Shown here one piece after another: positions 22,608-34,528 of a DNA stretch of 54,251 bases. Source of the stretch: Phoronis australis. Its lineage: Eukaryota > Animalia > Phoronida. Positions within the stretch are counted from its first letter, which is position 1. Every line of letters begins with the position of its first letter. Made by a program: the position numbers and the translations under genes. The stretch covers positions 1 through 54,251 of the forward strand of contig NMRA01001105.1 in the NCBI GenBank assembly GCA_002633005.1, in the 5' to 3' direction. The notes below the pieces were generated by a model, which was not told the origin of the DNA, ran no database searches, and saw only the letters and a list, made by a program, of their open reading frames with translations.

Positions 22608-24334
22608 CACGTAGGCCCTCGATTTTTCCACTTAGGTTCTACAATACTTCCATTAGCTTTCTGTACGCATTTCGTTGCATCTATTTTAAACGGGCGGTAA
22701 CCCAAATCCGGTCACCGATTTTGAGTTTTCACCTCGTCAAAACTACATTCCACACTTAAAACTATCTTTAGAAAACGCTTACTTTCATTATTTGTCCTTT
22801 CTACTTCTATGCATATCTTCGATGAAGCTTAGTTGTGAGAATTAAGTTGACTTTGGCGAATAACTCCACTTTTTGGTTGCCGTTAACTTTTTCACCGTGC
22901 CCGATAACCACAATGTCAACTGTAGCCTGAAGACTGTAATTGTATCAAGAGGTATAAATATACATATCGACTTCTCTTGTTCATTTCCTTTCATCTTACT
23001 ATCGTAATTAATTGTTTTTATGTATCATTCATTATTGTATACCAGACACAATTTTTCTACAAAACAACTTACAACGATACCGAACGTCCTACAATAAATA
23101 CAAATCGGCTAGCCTGCTAGGCTCGGCGGTTCCTAGGCTGGCCACTTCCGGGTTCATGAATTCGGATCGTGATTTTTCATGACCTTTACAGGAGGCACCA
23201 GCTTGCGTGCGACGTAACGTGGACAAAACGGTCTTGATCAATATCCACCATCCTCTATGAATGTTAAAAAAATAATCACACTAATCTTAATCTCTTCATT
23301 TCATGCTATCATCCAATACATAATCTTGGGATGAGCCAGTATCGGCGTTACAAGTTTCTTGAAAAGTAAAATAAAATGCACGTTTAATGCAATTTAATTG
23401 ATGAATAAAGTCTATATCAGAAATCACATCTTTGTTACTATTTCACATTTTTGCAAAAAAGCGTTTTTCCAATTTTAATTCCTATTGGCTAACGCGCGTC
23501 TGACGTCACTGAGGCTGTACCGTGGGTGAACTTAGGCAATAAGATAAATCGAGCTTTAAGTATATAGATCATTGGGTGAATGCCTCTCGTCTACAGGACT
23601 GACTGCGTGGGCAACTACATCGCCCTGTATGCTGCAGGCATACACGGCGATAATACATCCCCACAAAAAGTTACTCATTTCAAAAATACAAGAAATAAAA
23701 TCAAATGAAACATGGATATATGCACGTGGAGTTATAAACACTCATACCATGAGACTGGAGACAACTCAGTCATGATAATTCGAACAAATCGATGAAAATC
23801 TGTCGTTGTTTGCTCGAGTTTCTCTTACCGGGTGCAATTTTGAGGAAGTTACATGAAATCACGCACGTTGGCGAATAAAAAGTCTAAGGGATACAACTCT
23901 TACAACTTTCACCTGATACATTTTCCTGCTATTTTGCAAGTGTCACGCACTAGTTTCACGCCTTTGTTCAGTCTCGCGCTAGCCTTTCCCTAACTCATCT
24001 GACGGAGTTGACATAATTTGTGATTATCTCACGATGTGAAACAGTTAACGGCAACCAAAAAACTTAGTTGGAATTTTTCGCCAGAGTCAACTTAATTCCC
24101 GCAACTTAGCTTTATCGAAGACATGTATAGAAATAGAAAGTACCAATGATGAAAGTGAGCGTTTTTTAAATGATAGTTTTAAGTGTGGAATGTATTCTTG
24201 AGGAGGTGAAAAGTCAAAATCCGTGGCCGGATTAAGCCTACCGCACGTTTAAAATACATGTAACGAAAAGCGTACAGAAAGCGAATGGAAGTATTGTAGA
24301 ACCTAAATACAGTGGCCAACCGAGGGGCTACGTG
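22608..24334. repeat. Long imperfect inverted repeat pair (22608-22921 and 24006-24334)
   Basis: For example ttaggttctacaatacttccatt vs aatggaagtattgtagaacctaa, and tttttggttgccgttaact vs agttaacggcaaccaaaaa; colinear over about 310 bp. Confidence 0.85.
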
Positions 24335-25182
24335 CTGCCTATCGACTGCGTAGCCTTGCCTTGGTTCAAGCTATATAGTATATATACAGTGGCTGTTGCA
24401 CCTACGTGGGTAAAAACTAATCAAATACAAACTGACAAAATGATAAGTGTCATAAAAATTACACTCTTCCTTAAGTAAACTGCATTATTGAATGGCGTTC
24501 TGCCGTTTACTCTGCTGATAAATTCTGGGCGCGCTCTTTGAGATCGGCTTTCGGCGCCGTCATCTGTTGGCTTATTGGCCAGGCCGTCTTGTTCTTCTTC
24601 CAAACCATCGAACTGTTCTTCCATGTTGTATACATGCCAACAAAATTACAAGAGCTGATTTCATGTCCTTGCAAGTTTTTAGTATTTTAATACCAGGAGC
24701 TGCCATCATTTCCCGATAGATGTAGCGAAATTTTACGCAATAGCTTGTGCTGAGCGTACTGTTTTCTTTGCTACAAAAGTTGAGAATTATGAAATAAAAT
24801 AACATTTACATGTACTAGATTATGTTTCACTTAAATGGCTCCAGTGGGCAAAGTGAGTGTCGGTTTACACCAATATAATTGCTCTGCCGGTTTAGAACTC
24901 TACATGTTGATTTGAGTTTCACGACTAGGTGACTAGCAGAGCTACTTGGGCTAAGTGCGGAAATTTCGTAGTCTAACGGGGCACAACACACAGGGCTACT
25001 GGTACCTAGTTGTATTTTGAATAGTCGTCACACAGGTAGGTGACTGGCTAGGCCCTGGGATGAATCAAAATAACAGGAAATAAAGACGAAAAAGGTTGTG
25101 AGTATGCATATTGTGATTGTCGACTGGACAACGCACTGGCACAGCTAATGCACTATATCTCTGTACAGCCTCAGTGACGTCA
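23501..25182. mobile_element. Probable non-autonomous DNA transposon marked by perfect 20-bp inverted repeats
   Basis: TGACGTCACTGAGGCTGTAC (23501-23520) and its reverse complement (25163-25182); true termini not resolved. Confidence 0.45.
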
Positions 25183-25619
25183 CGAAAAACAGCGCTTGCA
25201 ATGAGGCTATCGGTACATGTAACTAATAAATGTTTTACTATTCAAAGTAAAAAATAAATATACTGTGCACTAGTTAGGATTATGTGGTTGCCAATAATCA
25301 ACCTTTATACTTTCAAAATTCACATTAAAGTGCTGAAACATTTACATGGCAAGTTCAGACCTCTTTTAAAGTCTGAGGTATGATATGCACCTCATACAAT
25401 AAAGTAGCTTGTAATTGAGTGTTGTTTTCATCTATCTTCAAAAAAACCGTCCCCGCATTGCCCCCTATCATTTGCAGTTTAGATTCCAGACCGTGTGAGT
25501 TACGTCATTATTCTAATGTCTCAACCGAAAAGCTACTAGTTATTATACGACATGAGAAGGATGTCGACTTTTAGTTTGTCATATATATGTTTTTCTACGC
25601 GTATCAACAGTACAAAGAC

Positions 25620-26945
25620 AAGTGGATAGTAAATCTCTCTGATCTTACGCATGCTCAAAAATCTGTGCTTGAACGAAGACAAAACTTTGCGGTTACTCCA
25701 TCAAAGATGTCATTCGTGAACTACATCCGGATGAAGATGACCAAATACAGAAAGATGCAACCAGAGTCATCAAACATGCTAAACCCCTTAAACCCAACAT
25801 GAACTGGGAGGAGAGATCTGTCATTGAATAGCTCAAAAACTCAATAACATCAAGATTCACCCTGCGGACAAATGCCAATTAGGCTACAGTCATCTTAAAC
25901 ACCAAGGAGAAAACTAATGATCTGTTAGCAGATACCAACACTTATTCTCCCTTAAAAAAACGACCCTACCAACAAATATCTCCAGCTATCGGTCAATTTC
26001 TAATGGGAATGGAACAAAACAAATCTCTAAGTGACAAACTGTATTGGCACATGTACCCTGCTTTGAAAGAGCCCTCCAAGTTTGATATATATGGCACGCG
26101 CAAGATAAACAAAGACTACATTCCTCTGAGACCGATAGTCTCCAGTTGTGGCAGCAGTGCTTACAACGCTGCGAAGTACTTGGCTGGTGTCCTCAAGCCT
26201 CTCTACGGTGAATCAATACACAGGGCACGTGACAGTTCCAACTTTCTTGACAGTCAAGAACCTATTGGTTCATGTAGGGCACAAGTTAATTTCGTATCAT
26301 ATGAGTGCTCATTTCACTAGTTTCCCCGTAGATAAGGCTCGCACTACTCCACGCTCTGTCTACGCACTGAATTGTCTGTTGAGCAAATTTACCGGCTATT
26401 GACTTTTTGCTTTATTACTACACATTCCATATGCCACAACAGATTCTACCAGCAATGTCAGGGAGCTGCTATGGAATCTCCTGTGTCTCCTATCATAGCC
26501 GACATATAGTTGGAGGAGTTTGAACAGACTACTTTGTCTTCTGCACCCAGTCCTCCATCCACCTGACTTAGGTTTGCGGACAACACTTTTGTTATGCTCC
26601 TGGAGAATGACATATCCACCTTTACTGGTCACATTAACAGCATTGACAACTGTATTCAAATCACCATGGAGCAAGAATCAAAGAGAACCTGACCTTTCTG
26701 AGATCTATGAGTACACGTCGTTGATATAGTTTCCATCAAAGCTACGATCTACAGGAAACCGACACGCACGGGCCAATACCTTCAGTTTCCATCCAACCCC
26801 CCTTTCAAACACAAACATCATGTTTCCCGTACCTAGCTCCTGGATAGAGCTGAACTTTACACCACTTATTTCAAAGATTATGTTAATGAATTTGAACATG
26901 TTGAAAACGCTTTGAGCGCCAATGGATACCAGGATTGGATGTCCA
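25620..26945 (+). mobile_element. Penelope-like retroelement, decayed reverse transcriptase
   Basis: WIVNLS..LT....SVL...NFAVTP; IYGTRKINKDYIPLRPIVSSCGSSAYNAAKYLAGVLKPL; YQQCQGAAMESPVSPIIADI; RFADNTF (degenerate YVDD); IQITMEQE; IYRKPTRTGQYLQF; ALSANGY; many stops and frameshifts. Confidence 0.9.
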
Positions 26946-27851
26946 CAAACCCCTAAGTCTTAAATCTGTTGAAAAACTCGATGGTCCCTCTGTCACCACC
27001 TCATACATAAAATAAGTCTCTGTGCGCCTACAGGTAAAACAGACTTACGAAAGCCACGAAATTTCTTCATACATGAAAAGCATCATCACTCTTCCATCTT
27101 TACTTTAGTCAGGAGAACAGCTGACGTGTGACCAGGATCCCAACCACACGTAACTTGGAGAAACCAAAAGATTGATTGCTTTCATGTTGACAAAATGCAT
27201 GTGCCGTCATTAAATCAATCAATCGAGATGATGTTGGAACACTCGGATGAAACTATTACTTATGTCACTAAGTGTCCAACATATAAGTCCTTTCCAGTTG
27301 AATTTTGAAGAAATTCTTTTTGAATAAAATTCGTGCTTAGTTAAAATTTATTAATCAGATTCTAATTGATGCATAAATGTTAATTCGAGAAAACCTTTTT
27401 GATTGATTTTCTACAGGACGTGTCAACAGATGGGAAAGCAAGAGGCAGTTCGTATTGCCACATTATAAAATGGTATTAGTCGGAAGGTGGCAGTAAACAG
27501 GCAGTACGGTGGCTCTTAATTTACCATCAAAGATACACGGGAGTACACATAAAGAAGTTTTCTGTCACCACTTAGAGAAGTCAAACAAAATGTCACATTT
27601 GCAACAGTGTGCAGTCCTAAATATACACTCAGAAGTGGTGCGTAGTGTGCATACTCAATTTTTAAAACAAGTACATGTAGGTAAACATAATGTAAATTTG
27701 CACTTATAACACCAACGCAAAATAAAGGCGTTGGTTTGTGTACATTTTTAATGGGATGTCTATTAGAACTAAAGGTTTTAAGTAGCACAAAAAGAGGAAA
27801 TTTTATTGCAAACAACTAAAAGTATGAGGCCATAGGTTAAATATGAAATTA

Positions 27852-28746
27852 TCAAAGTTGTTCTAGATCACTTAATCGTTCGTCAGGCTTCTGTTTGGTC
27901 CTCTGGGCGTCGGATGTCTTCGCCAGTTCTTCTTTCCCAGCCCTAAGAACGTCGTCAAGTTCTGGAGACGGCACTATATACGATGAAACCATTAAAAGTG
28001 ACGGAACTTGTGGAAATTGCTGAGGTTGTGAACACCGGTGGAAACAGATCGGAAACATGTTAAATACCATTGTCAGTGCTAATAAAAAGAAGAAAAAACG
28101 CCTCGTTTTCCTCTCTACGTTGTGTCCAGGTGTAAACTGGCCAATCTTGTTTTGTTACTAGATTGTCTCTCTTATGACATTTCTTGATATAATTGCATTC
28201 ATTTGCATGCCAGAAACAAATAGAGACAAGCTTCCTAAGCACATTTAAAGGCAATATTTACAGACGAGCATAAGTACATGTAAGTGGATCTTTTGGCTTG
28301 AACAGAACCGCCTTGCTGTTGAAATATATCAGCAAATTGCGTTGACTGTACCTGTGTGAAACACGAATTGCAACAAACAGGCTCTACTAAATGTACGCAA
28401 AGTTGCATTTTAATGCTAATTTTACTTAGCAGAAATCTAAATGTTTGTACGTGATTGGTTAAATACAATTCAACGTTAAGTTTCTGAATTTCTAAAACTC
28501 CCGAGATCCATACTTCTACGCGTGTGCGACCTCAGCCATCCCGTAAATGCATTGCAAATAGTTTCGTAACGAGCTTTCACGGAAATATAAGTTTTAATAA
28601 CATTTTGATTTTGCAACGATTTCCTTGGTTGTACATGATCTGTTATTCTTTGCAAAGACTTTACTAACACTGTACATGTATAGCCTCACCTGTCGTCACT
28701 GATCTGAACGTTCAATGGTCTTGCTCCAACTTCTGTTTCAGTTCTT
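27852..28746 (-). pseudogene. Possible decayed exons of an unidentified gene
   Basis: 28690-28746 (ELKQKLEQDH*TFRSVTT, donor gtgagg) joins in phase to 27852-27973 (VPSPELDDVLRAGKEELAK...LEQL-stop); weak acceptors and one in-frame stop. Confidence 0.25.
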
Positions 28747-29004
28747 CTTAAATGCAACTTTATTATTTAAGGCATTTGTTATCCGGCTGCTGTATTGTTG
28801 TTCTCTACGCTTCTAAGAACTATGATATGTATGAAGTAAAACACAATTGTCACTTAAATTTCCAAAGTTGTGGTTGGGAGGCACTCCCATCCTTTCTTTC
28901 CGATTGTATCAAATAATGCTGGAGAATAGATTCGTCATTGGACTCTATAGGCATTGTAGATGTAAAAAACTCACTTACGTAGAGACGTGGTTGGTTTGTT
29001 AGCA

Positions 29005-29200
29005 GACGTTTCGACCTGGTCCGCCAGGTCTTTGTCGATGAATGAGTGATTTCCCGCCTTTCGCTCGTTAAGAATGCTGGAGTACACGGGGGGGTAATTG
29101 GAGTCCTCTGTCCCTGTTCAGGAAGGGGCGCTGACTGTTAATGTTTATGGCCTCTTTGAGCTTACAAGTATGCCAATTTTATCCCTTGGCTAGGATCCTA
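29005..29200 (-). mobile_element. Penelope-like 3' fragment: GIY-YIG C-terminus followed by a degenerate hammerhead
   Basis: ILAKG*NWHTCKLKEAININSQRPFLNRDRGLQLPP/VYSSIL, then UCGACAAA-GACCUGG(CGGA)CCAGGUC-GAAA-CG-UC at 29038-29005. Confidence 0.75.
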
Positions 29201-32200
29201 GATGACCAACAGCTGTGGGGTAACATATTTTGGCGATTGGGCACACATTCTCTCTAGCGTAATCAAGGATCCGATTTGCTTAACTTCTGAAATGTAAGTA
29301 TCTGAAAGTGTCATTTGGTACGCGTATAGTAACTCTTTTAACCGTCACACGTGACTGAGTATCTACCAATTTGAAATACAGTGGAATATTTAATAATGAA
29401 TTAGAATGATATATGGACTTAGCTTGGATTTCGAGATTGCTGTCGACTGTCGGAGGTTTTATCACCTGTACTTCCTGTCCCGCCGACGCAAGATGATAAT
29501 CTAGCTATTTAAGGAAGTGTCACACCGTACATCGTTGTTGAATATGAACCATGACGGCTACAGTGTATACACCTGCTTTCCATTAACTTTGGTTTAGTTG
29601 ACATAAAGCTATATTTTTCCTAGCTTACAGGGTGAGTACTGAGCCCTCACAGTGATGTAGAAGAGAAAATAGCTTGGTATACTACAATTCGCGATAACTT
29701 GGCATCTTCTGCTCTCTTACCAGCTGTCGTTTGCAGTTTGATCGCGACCAATGACAAGCTCTCAGCTCTTTCAAATCCCATGAGCCTCAAACAATTTGAG
29801 ATCACTTCCAAACCGCCAAAATGTAAAAAAATATTAAATAGTTTCAGTTATTTAAATACTGTTTGGATCAACTTTTGAACACATTGATGCTTGGTCATTT
29901 CGAATAAACTGTTTGTTCTTGTTAAACGTTAATGGTAGCACCACTAGGCCGCGGTTTCTGTATGTGCATCACAATTACTGCATTTTTGTCCTCAAAAACC
30001 TGGTTAGCTTCCCGACTGAAAACACCGGAAACGGTTCATTAGAACTACAAAATATTCTGGTATCCGGAAGTGTTTCCTCGTGCCGGTTATATTGATCATA
30101 ACACCACGTAGATGGCGGGAAAACTTTTTGGAAGACAAATCTTTACCCATGTTTTCTGTTGATATCCGATAAGGGGTTAGGCCTCCAATTAGTCAGGTTA
30201 GGGGGTTTGTAAACTTAAAAACAATTTCTCTTTGAAAATTCTAGATTCGAAGGAAACAGTCTGTGCATGCCTGGTTAGCGATATCTTGCAACCTATGAAC
30301 CCGTGGATGTATTTGATCTCAGGATGACGAAGCCTCGTCAAACACTGTAACTCTTCGTTTTTAACTGATGCTAGCACAAAACTGTCAATTTTGATTTAGT
30401 TGCAGGTTTCCAGCTCCGTTGCATTTGAAGTGTCAAAGGGTTCTTAAAGGAGTACATTTCTGCTCCTTAAAGCGTACCTTGAATGGTAACACTTGGGAAC
30501 TTTGCTCCTACGGTATGTTAAGAGCATATCTCTGAGCCCTCTAGTGCCATAAATTGAAAAATGTAATGCACTGCAAGGCAATTGTCTTGCTTTCGTGTAC
30601 GTCGTCGCGAAAATTACATTTTAATTCAAACACCCGCACTCAATGGAGTTCTACATGTATTCAGACATTTATTATATAAAACTGTTTCCGGCTATTTGTT
30701 GTTTGACTGGGGTCTCGCAGTGAAGCAATTTGGCAATAAAACACAACATTACCTTTCATATTATCACCATGAGTAGACTGACGAGTCGTGGAGGTGAAAC
30801 AGGATAGTTTCTTATTACACCGCTTAAAGTCAATTAAAGAATAAGTCCGTGAGAAATAATAGTTGTCTTGTATTTAAATTCAGTGCAAAAGGAAAAACAA
30901 GATGTGTTAGCAGTGTCAATGAAGGTTAGCTGCAAACATAAGTAGACGTAGCTTACACAAACACGTGGAAATAGATCACTATTGCATGAGTTTGTACTTC
31001 ATTCATCGCTTCAGCCTGAGCTTTGTGCTTGGCTAACTTTAATCATGGCAGCCAACTGAGATCGTAGCATGTCGTCTGCGCTTAGACTTGTCCTGATCAC
31101 GAGATCTAATTGGAGCATGCAAAAGCTCAATCAACTGCAGAGGCTTAGATTATCAAAACTAGTTTGAGTAATTCAAAACTTCTCGAAATTTGAAATGCTT
31201 CTACGAAAACAATCATAAACGACGTTACGTCATAGTTTCATTCAGAGACTTCACACGTAAAGCCAGTGCCAGATTATCCATTAAGATAACCCACAACTTA
31301 AGTCTCCAATTCGTAGATCCTGAAAGGTTCTACAGTGACCTTGTGATGCGTGGCATAAAAATGAGGATGCGACAATGTGAAAATTTTGTCGAAACTGTAG
31401 AAACCTATAGGGACGGGACAACACAAGTTGATGGCGTATCAGAATGCGTGACTTGAGAAACGCCAGTTTTTTGATGAACGTGAAGAGATCACGCCAATTG
31501 CAGGATATCGCAGAGCTTGATTTCAGTCATCGTCTTTACATTGGGTTTACTTGTACGTTCAACACCAGTGCTGCGCGATCGATTTTGGAAGGTGTGTTAC
31601 GTATGCTCGGGGTAATTAAATACTGGTTTTGAGGCTCGCCACTAATTGTTCGTCCCAATTAGTTAACTCTAGTATGTACAGTCACTACTAGTCAGGTAAT
31701 GTGACCACTAAACAAGGAGTATCGCAGAAACAATGACATTTTTTAAATTTTGTTGCTTTTACTCACCTGCTGCGATTTTACTTTGCCCGAAACGTCACTA
31801 AATATTATGTGGGACGATTTAGCTCGTTCTGTACTGTCTAAGCGCTCTGCTACCGTCCCGTGATGAGATCCGTTGAACGTCTGTCTCGGCATACTCCTGC
31901 GACCTTAAAACCTTCTCATTGACGTCCACGAAGATTTCAATTGTTTTTTTACTGAAACTATCAATTTTCTTTCGTAAGTAGAGGTACTGCAAGTTTTTCA
32001 AAATTCAGGACTGTAGCATCTATTGTGTCAGAGAAAATTATCCTCTTCCGGGCGATTGAGTTTTCGGACACGAAGCTCGCTGAAGTCGCTTTCACTGCCT
32101 TTTCTGGTCACCAACCCGCTTCTGCATCGGTAGCTAATAGCTGGTGAATCAGCTTGTGAATTAATTTCACTTCATCAAAACCTGTTGATTACTAACTTAG

Positions 32201-33285
32201 CATCGACACCTACGTCATCAGGAATTTCACATAAATCCCTGTGAAGATAAGGTTAGCTATTTTCCCTTGGTTTATATTTTGATCCAGATTAACTGATGAA
32301 TTGAGATCGCGAACAATCGAAATTCTATTCTATTAAGCAACACAGCAGCAAAAGTTTGCGGCTATTGAGGTACCCAGTAAAATGCCTTCTGCATTGTCCC
32401 TACACCATCAAAATTGGCGCCGTTTGATCTTTCGTGATGCAGGCTCAGCCGCGCTCAAACAAAATTGACGCGAAACTTACATTGAAGAGCTGACGAGCGT
32501 GCTACTTTTATGTTCTTTATCCGTTTTCCGTGGGGTACGGATAATCTTACTTATTGCTTAATCGCACAGCAAGAATTTACTATGACAAAAAGTCCACGTT
32601 ATCCGCGTTCAAACTTGTTTAAAATGTTCGTTGATTTTATCGCAGATACTCACATCTTGTTCTACCTTAAAAGACTTGCGTGCCTTAAGACAGTTTCTTG
32701 ATGATTCAATAAACGTGGTCCTTTAATATCCGAGTGCAACAATCAAACAGTCGCTACGTTCCCTGATAAAATCATCTTTCTTCCGCGCCACGTGTTTCAA
32801 AGATAAAAATACATGCAAAGACTTAATTCGATCAGCGATTCCTTCAACTAACTTTCATCTCCTGTCCATTCCCAGATTAATGCTACCATGTACGTTACGT
32901 TTCACGTTGCAACATATGTCGCAGTAACCAACATTCTCCCCAAACAAACAAGTCTTCGCTGATACAGAATCAGCTGATATGGTTTATAATTTATGTTCAT
33001 TCAATGCAAGTGATTACCCTTAGTAAACGTTCTCATATTACGTCCTCACTCGAGGGAGGAGGTGGCGTCTGTAGAAAGATAACGTTTCACGAAAGGTTCA
33101 TTGAGGTTTACGACTCGTGGTGACGTCATGGCAGGGTAGGGAAACTTTATTGTCTTCCAATGTGGAAATTATTAATTCCAAGACCTGGACCTGCTGTTTC
33201 AACCTTTCAAAAATCGGATACCTTTACTGTTGTTAAAAGACCCTGTGTTTCAGTGGAAAATGATAACGACATAAAGCATGCATAG

Positions 33286-33291
33286 TTTATT
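33286..33291 (-). promoter_or_regulatory. Candidate polyadenylation signal of the mucin-like gene
   Basis: AATAAA on the - strand about 1 kb past the stop codon; motif only. Confidence 0.3.
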
Positions 33292-34263
33292 CCTGATTAG
33301 ACAATAATAATACGAAACAGAAGAGATATACACCCTGATTACACTCACAAAAGAATTACCACGAAGTATTAGAGTATTCAGTCCTGGTTACATAGAGTTA
33401 CAATGTGAGGAAGTAAATGGTGGTCGTTAAGGAGCAAAACCACTAGGTTAACCTGAAATATAATCAAAAGAATTGGAGCAATCGTAATCGAGTTTAATCA
33501 CACTGCACTCTTGCGACAGGAAAACGTAACATTTGTGCAGTAACAATTAAACAGTGCATTTCCCAGGCACGGCCGCCTGCTCACTCTTCAGGCTTATTGT
33601 GGCAGCCATTTTCATAGTGATAACAACCAAAGTCCCCACCATACCCGCAAACCCCAATTAAGGGTGATCTAACGTGGTATTACCCACCTCTCAAAACACG
33701 TGTACACGCTTTCCATAAAACACACTTCAGGATCAGAAGAATGAACTAATGAAGTGTGACTTGTCAATCCGCGCTGAGAGCAAATCGAGAGGTACATCGT
33801 GACTGTTGAAGGAGTCAAGCTCATATCAAAAATAAAAAAATGTAAACAAGGATACAATATTGGTTCCAATTAAGGCTTGTTGAACATACTTTGATAGGTT
33901 TACATTAAAGTGGTTCTCGACACTAGTCATAATTGCAAACACATACGTTTTTCACAAAGCCAAAATAATACACATCTATTTTTAGGACACAGACCATTTT
34001 GGTAAATGTTGATTCGAGTGCAGGAAAAATAGGCGATATATTTAACTTCTACAGATCATTGCTGCCCTGGTATACTTGACACGTTTTCGAAGTGCAATGC
34101 GATGCAGAGAAGACGGCGCACTTCTATGAAGGCCATTAAGGCTGATTGGAAGGAAATTTTAAATTTTTGAAGCCGTTCCACATGCTTCACACATGTGCAT
34201 GAAATTCACAAAATATTGAAATAAGAATTCCATCTGACGCTGTTACCCAAAGAACGTGTGCAC

Positions 34264-34528
34264 TTAAGGACGTGTCACCACGAACGCGGACGGAATGTCT
34301 GAAGTACGCCAGAGCTTATTCTGCGCCGTGACCGGTAAACCTGATATTGCGGCATGTCGGTACTTAGGAGCAGGTACGTGTTGACGTTTCTGTCTAGCCT
34401 CTGGGTCGCGTGGGTTGTTCAAGGGAAGAATGTATCTTTGGTAGTATAAACTTCCAAGTAATTCATCTTCGGAAGGCAGGTTTGCTTTAGAGCTTGGTAA
34501 TACCATAGAATTGGAGACACAAGTTTTC
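34264..34528 (-). CDS. Terminal coding exon: cytoplasmic tail
   Basis: tttacag|G AAA ACT TGT, phase 2 matching the TM exon; KTCVSNSMVLPSSK...SAFVVTRP-stop. Confidence 0.8.

Noticed and set aside
32293-32325. CTGATGA...CGAAATTC as a fifth hammerhead
   Set aside because: Helix II is only 4 AU-rich pairs, out of register with GAAA, and helix I is absent.
33558-33591. Minus-strand CTGAAGA...GAAA with a hairpin
   Set aside because: Five unpaired bases separate the core from the stem, and there is no NUH triplet in register.
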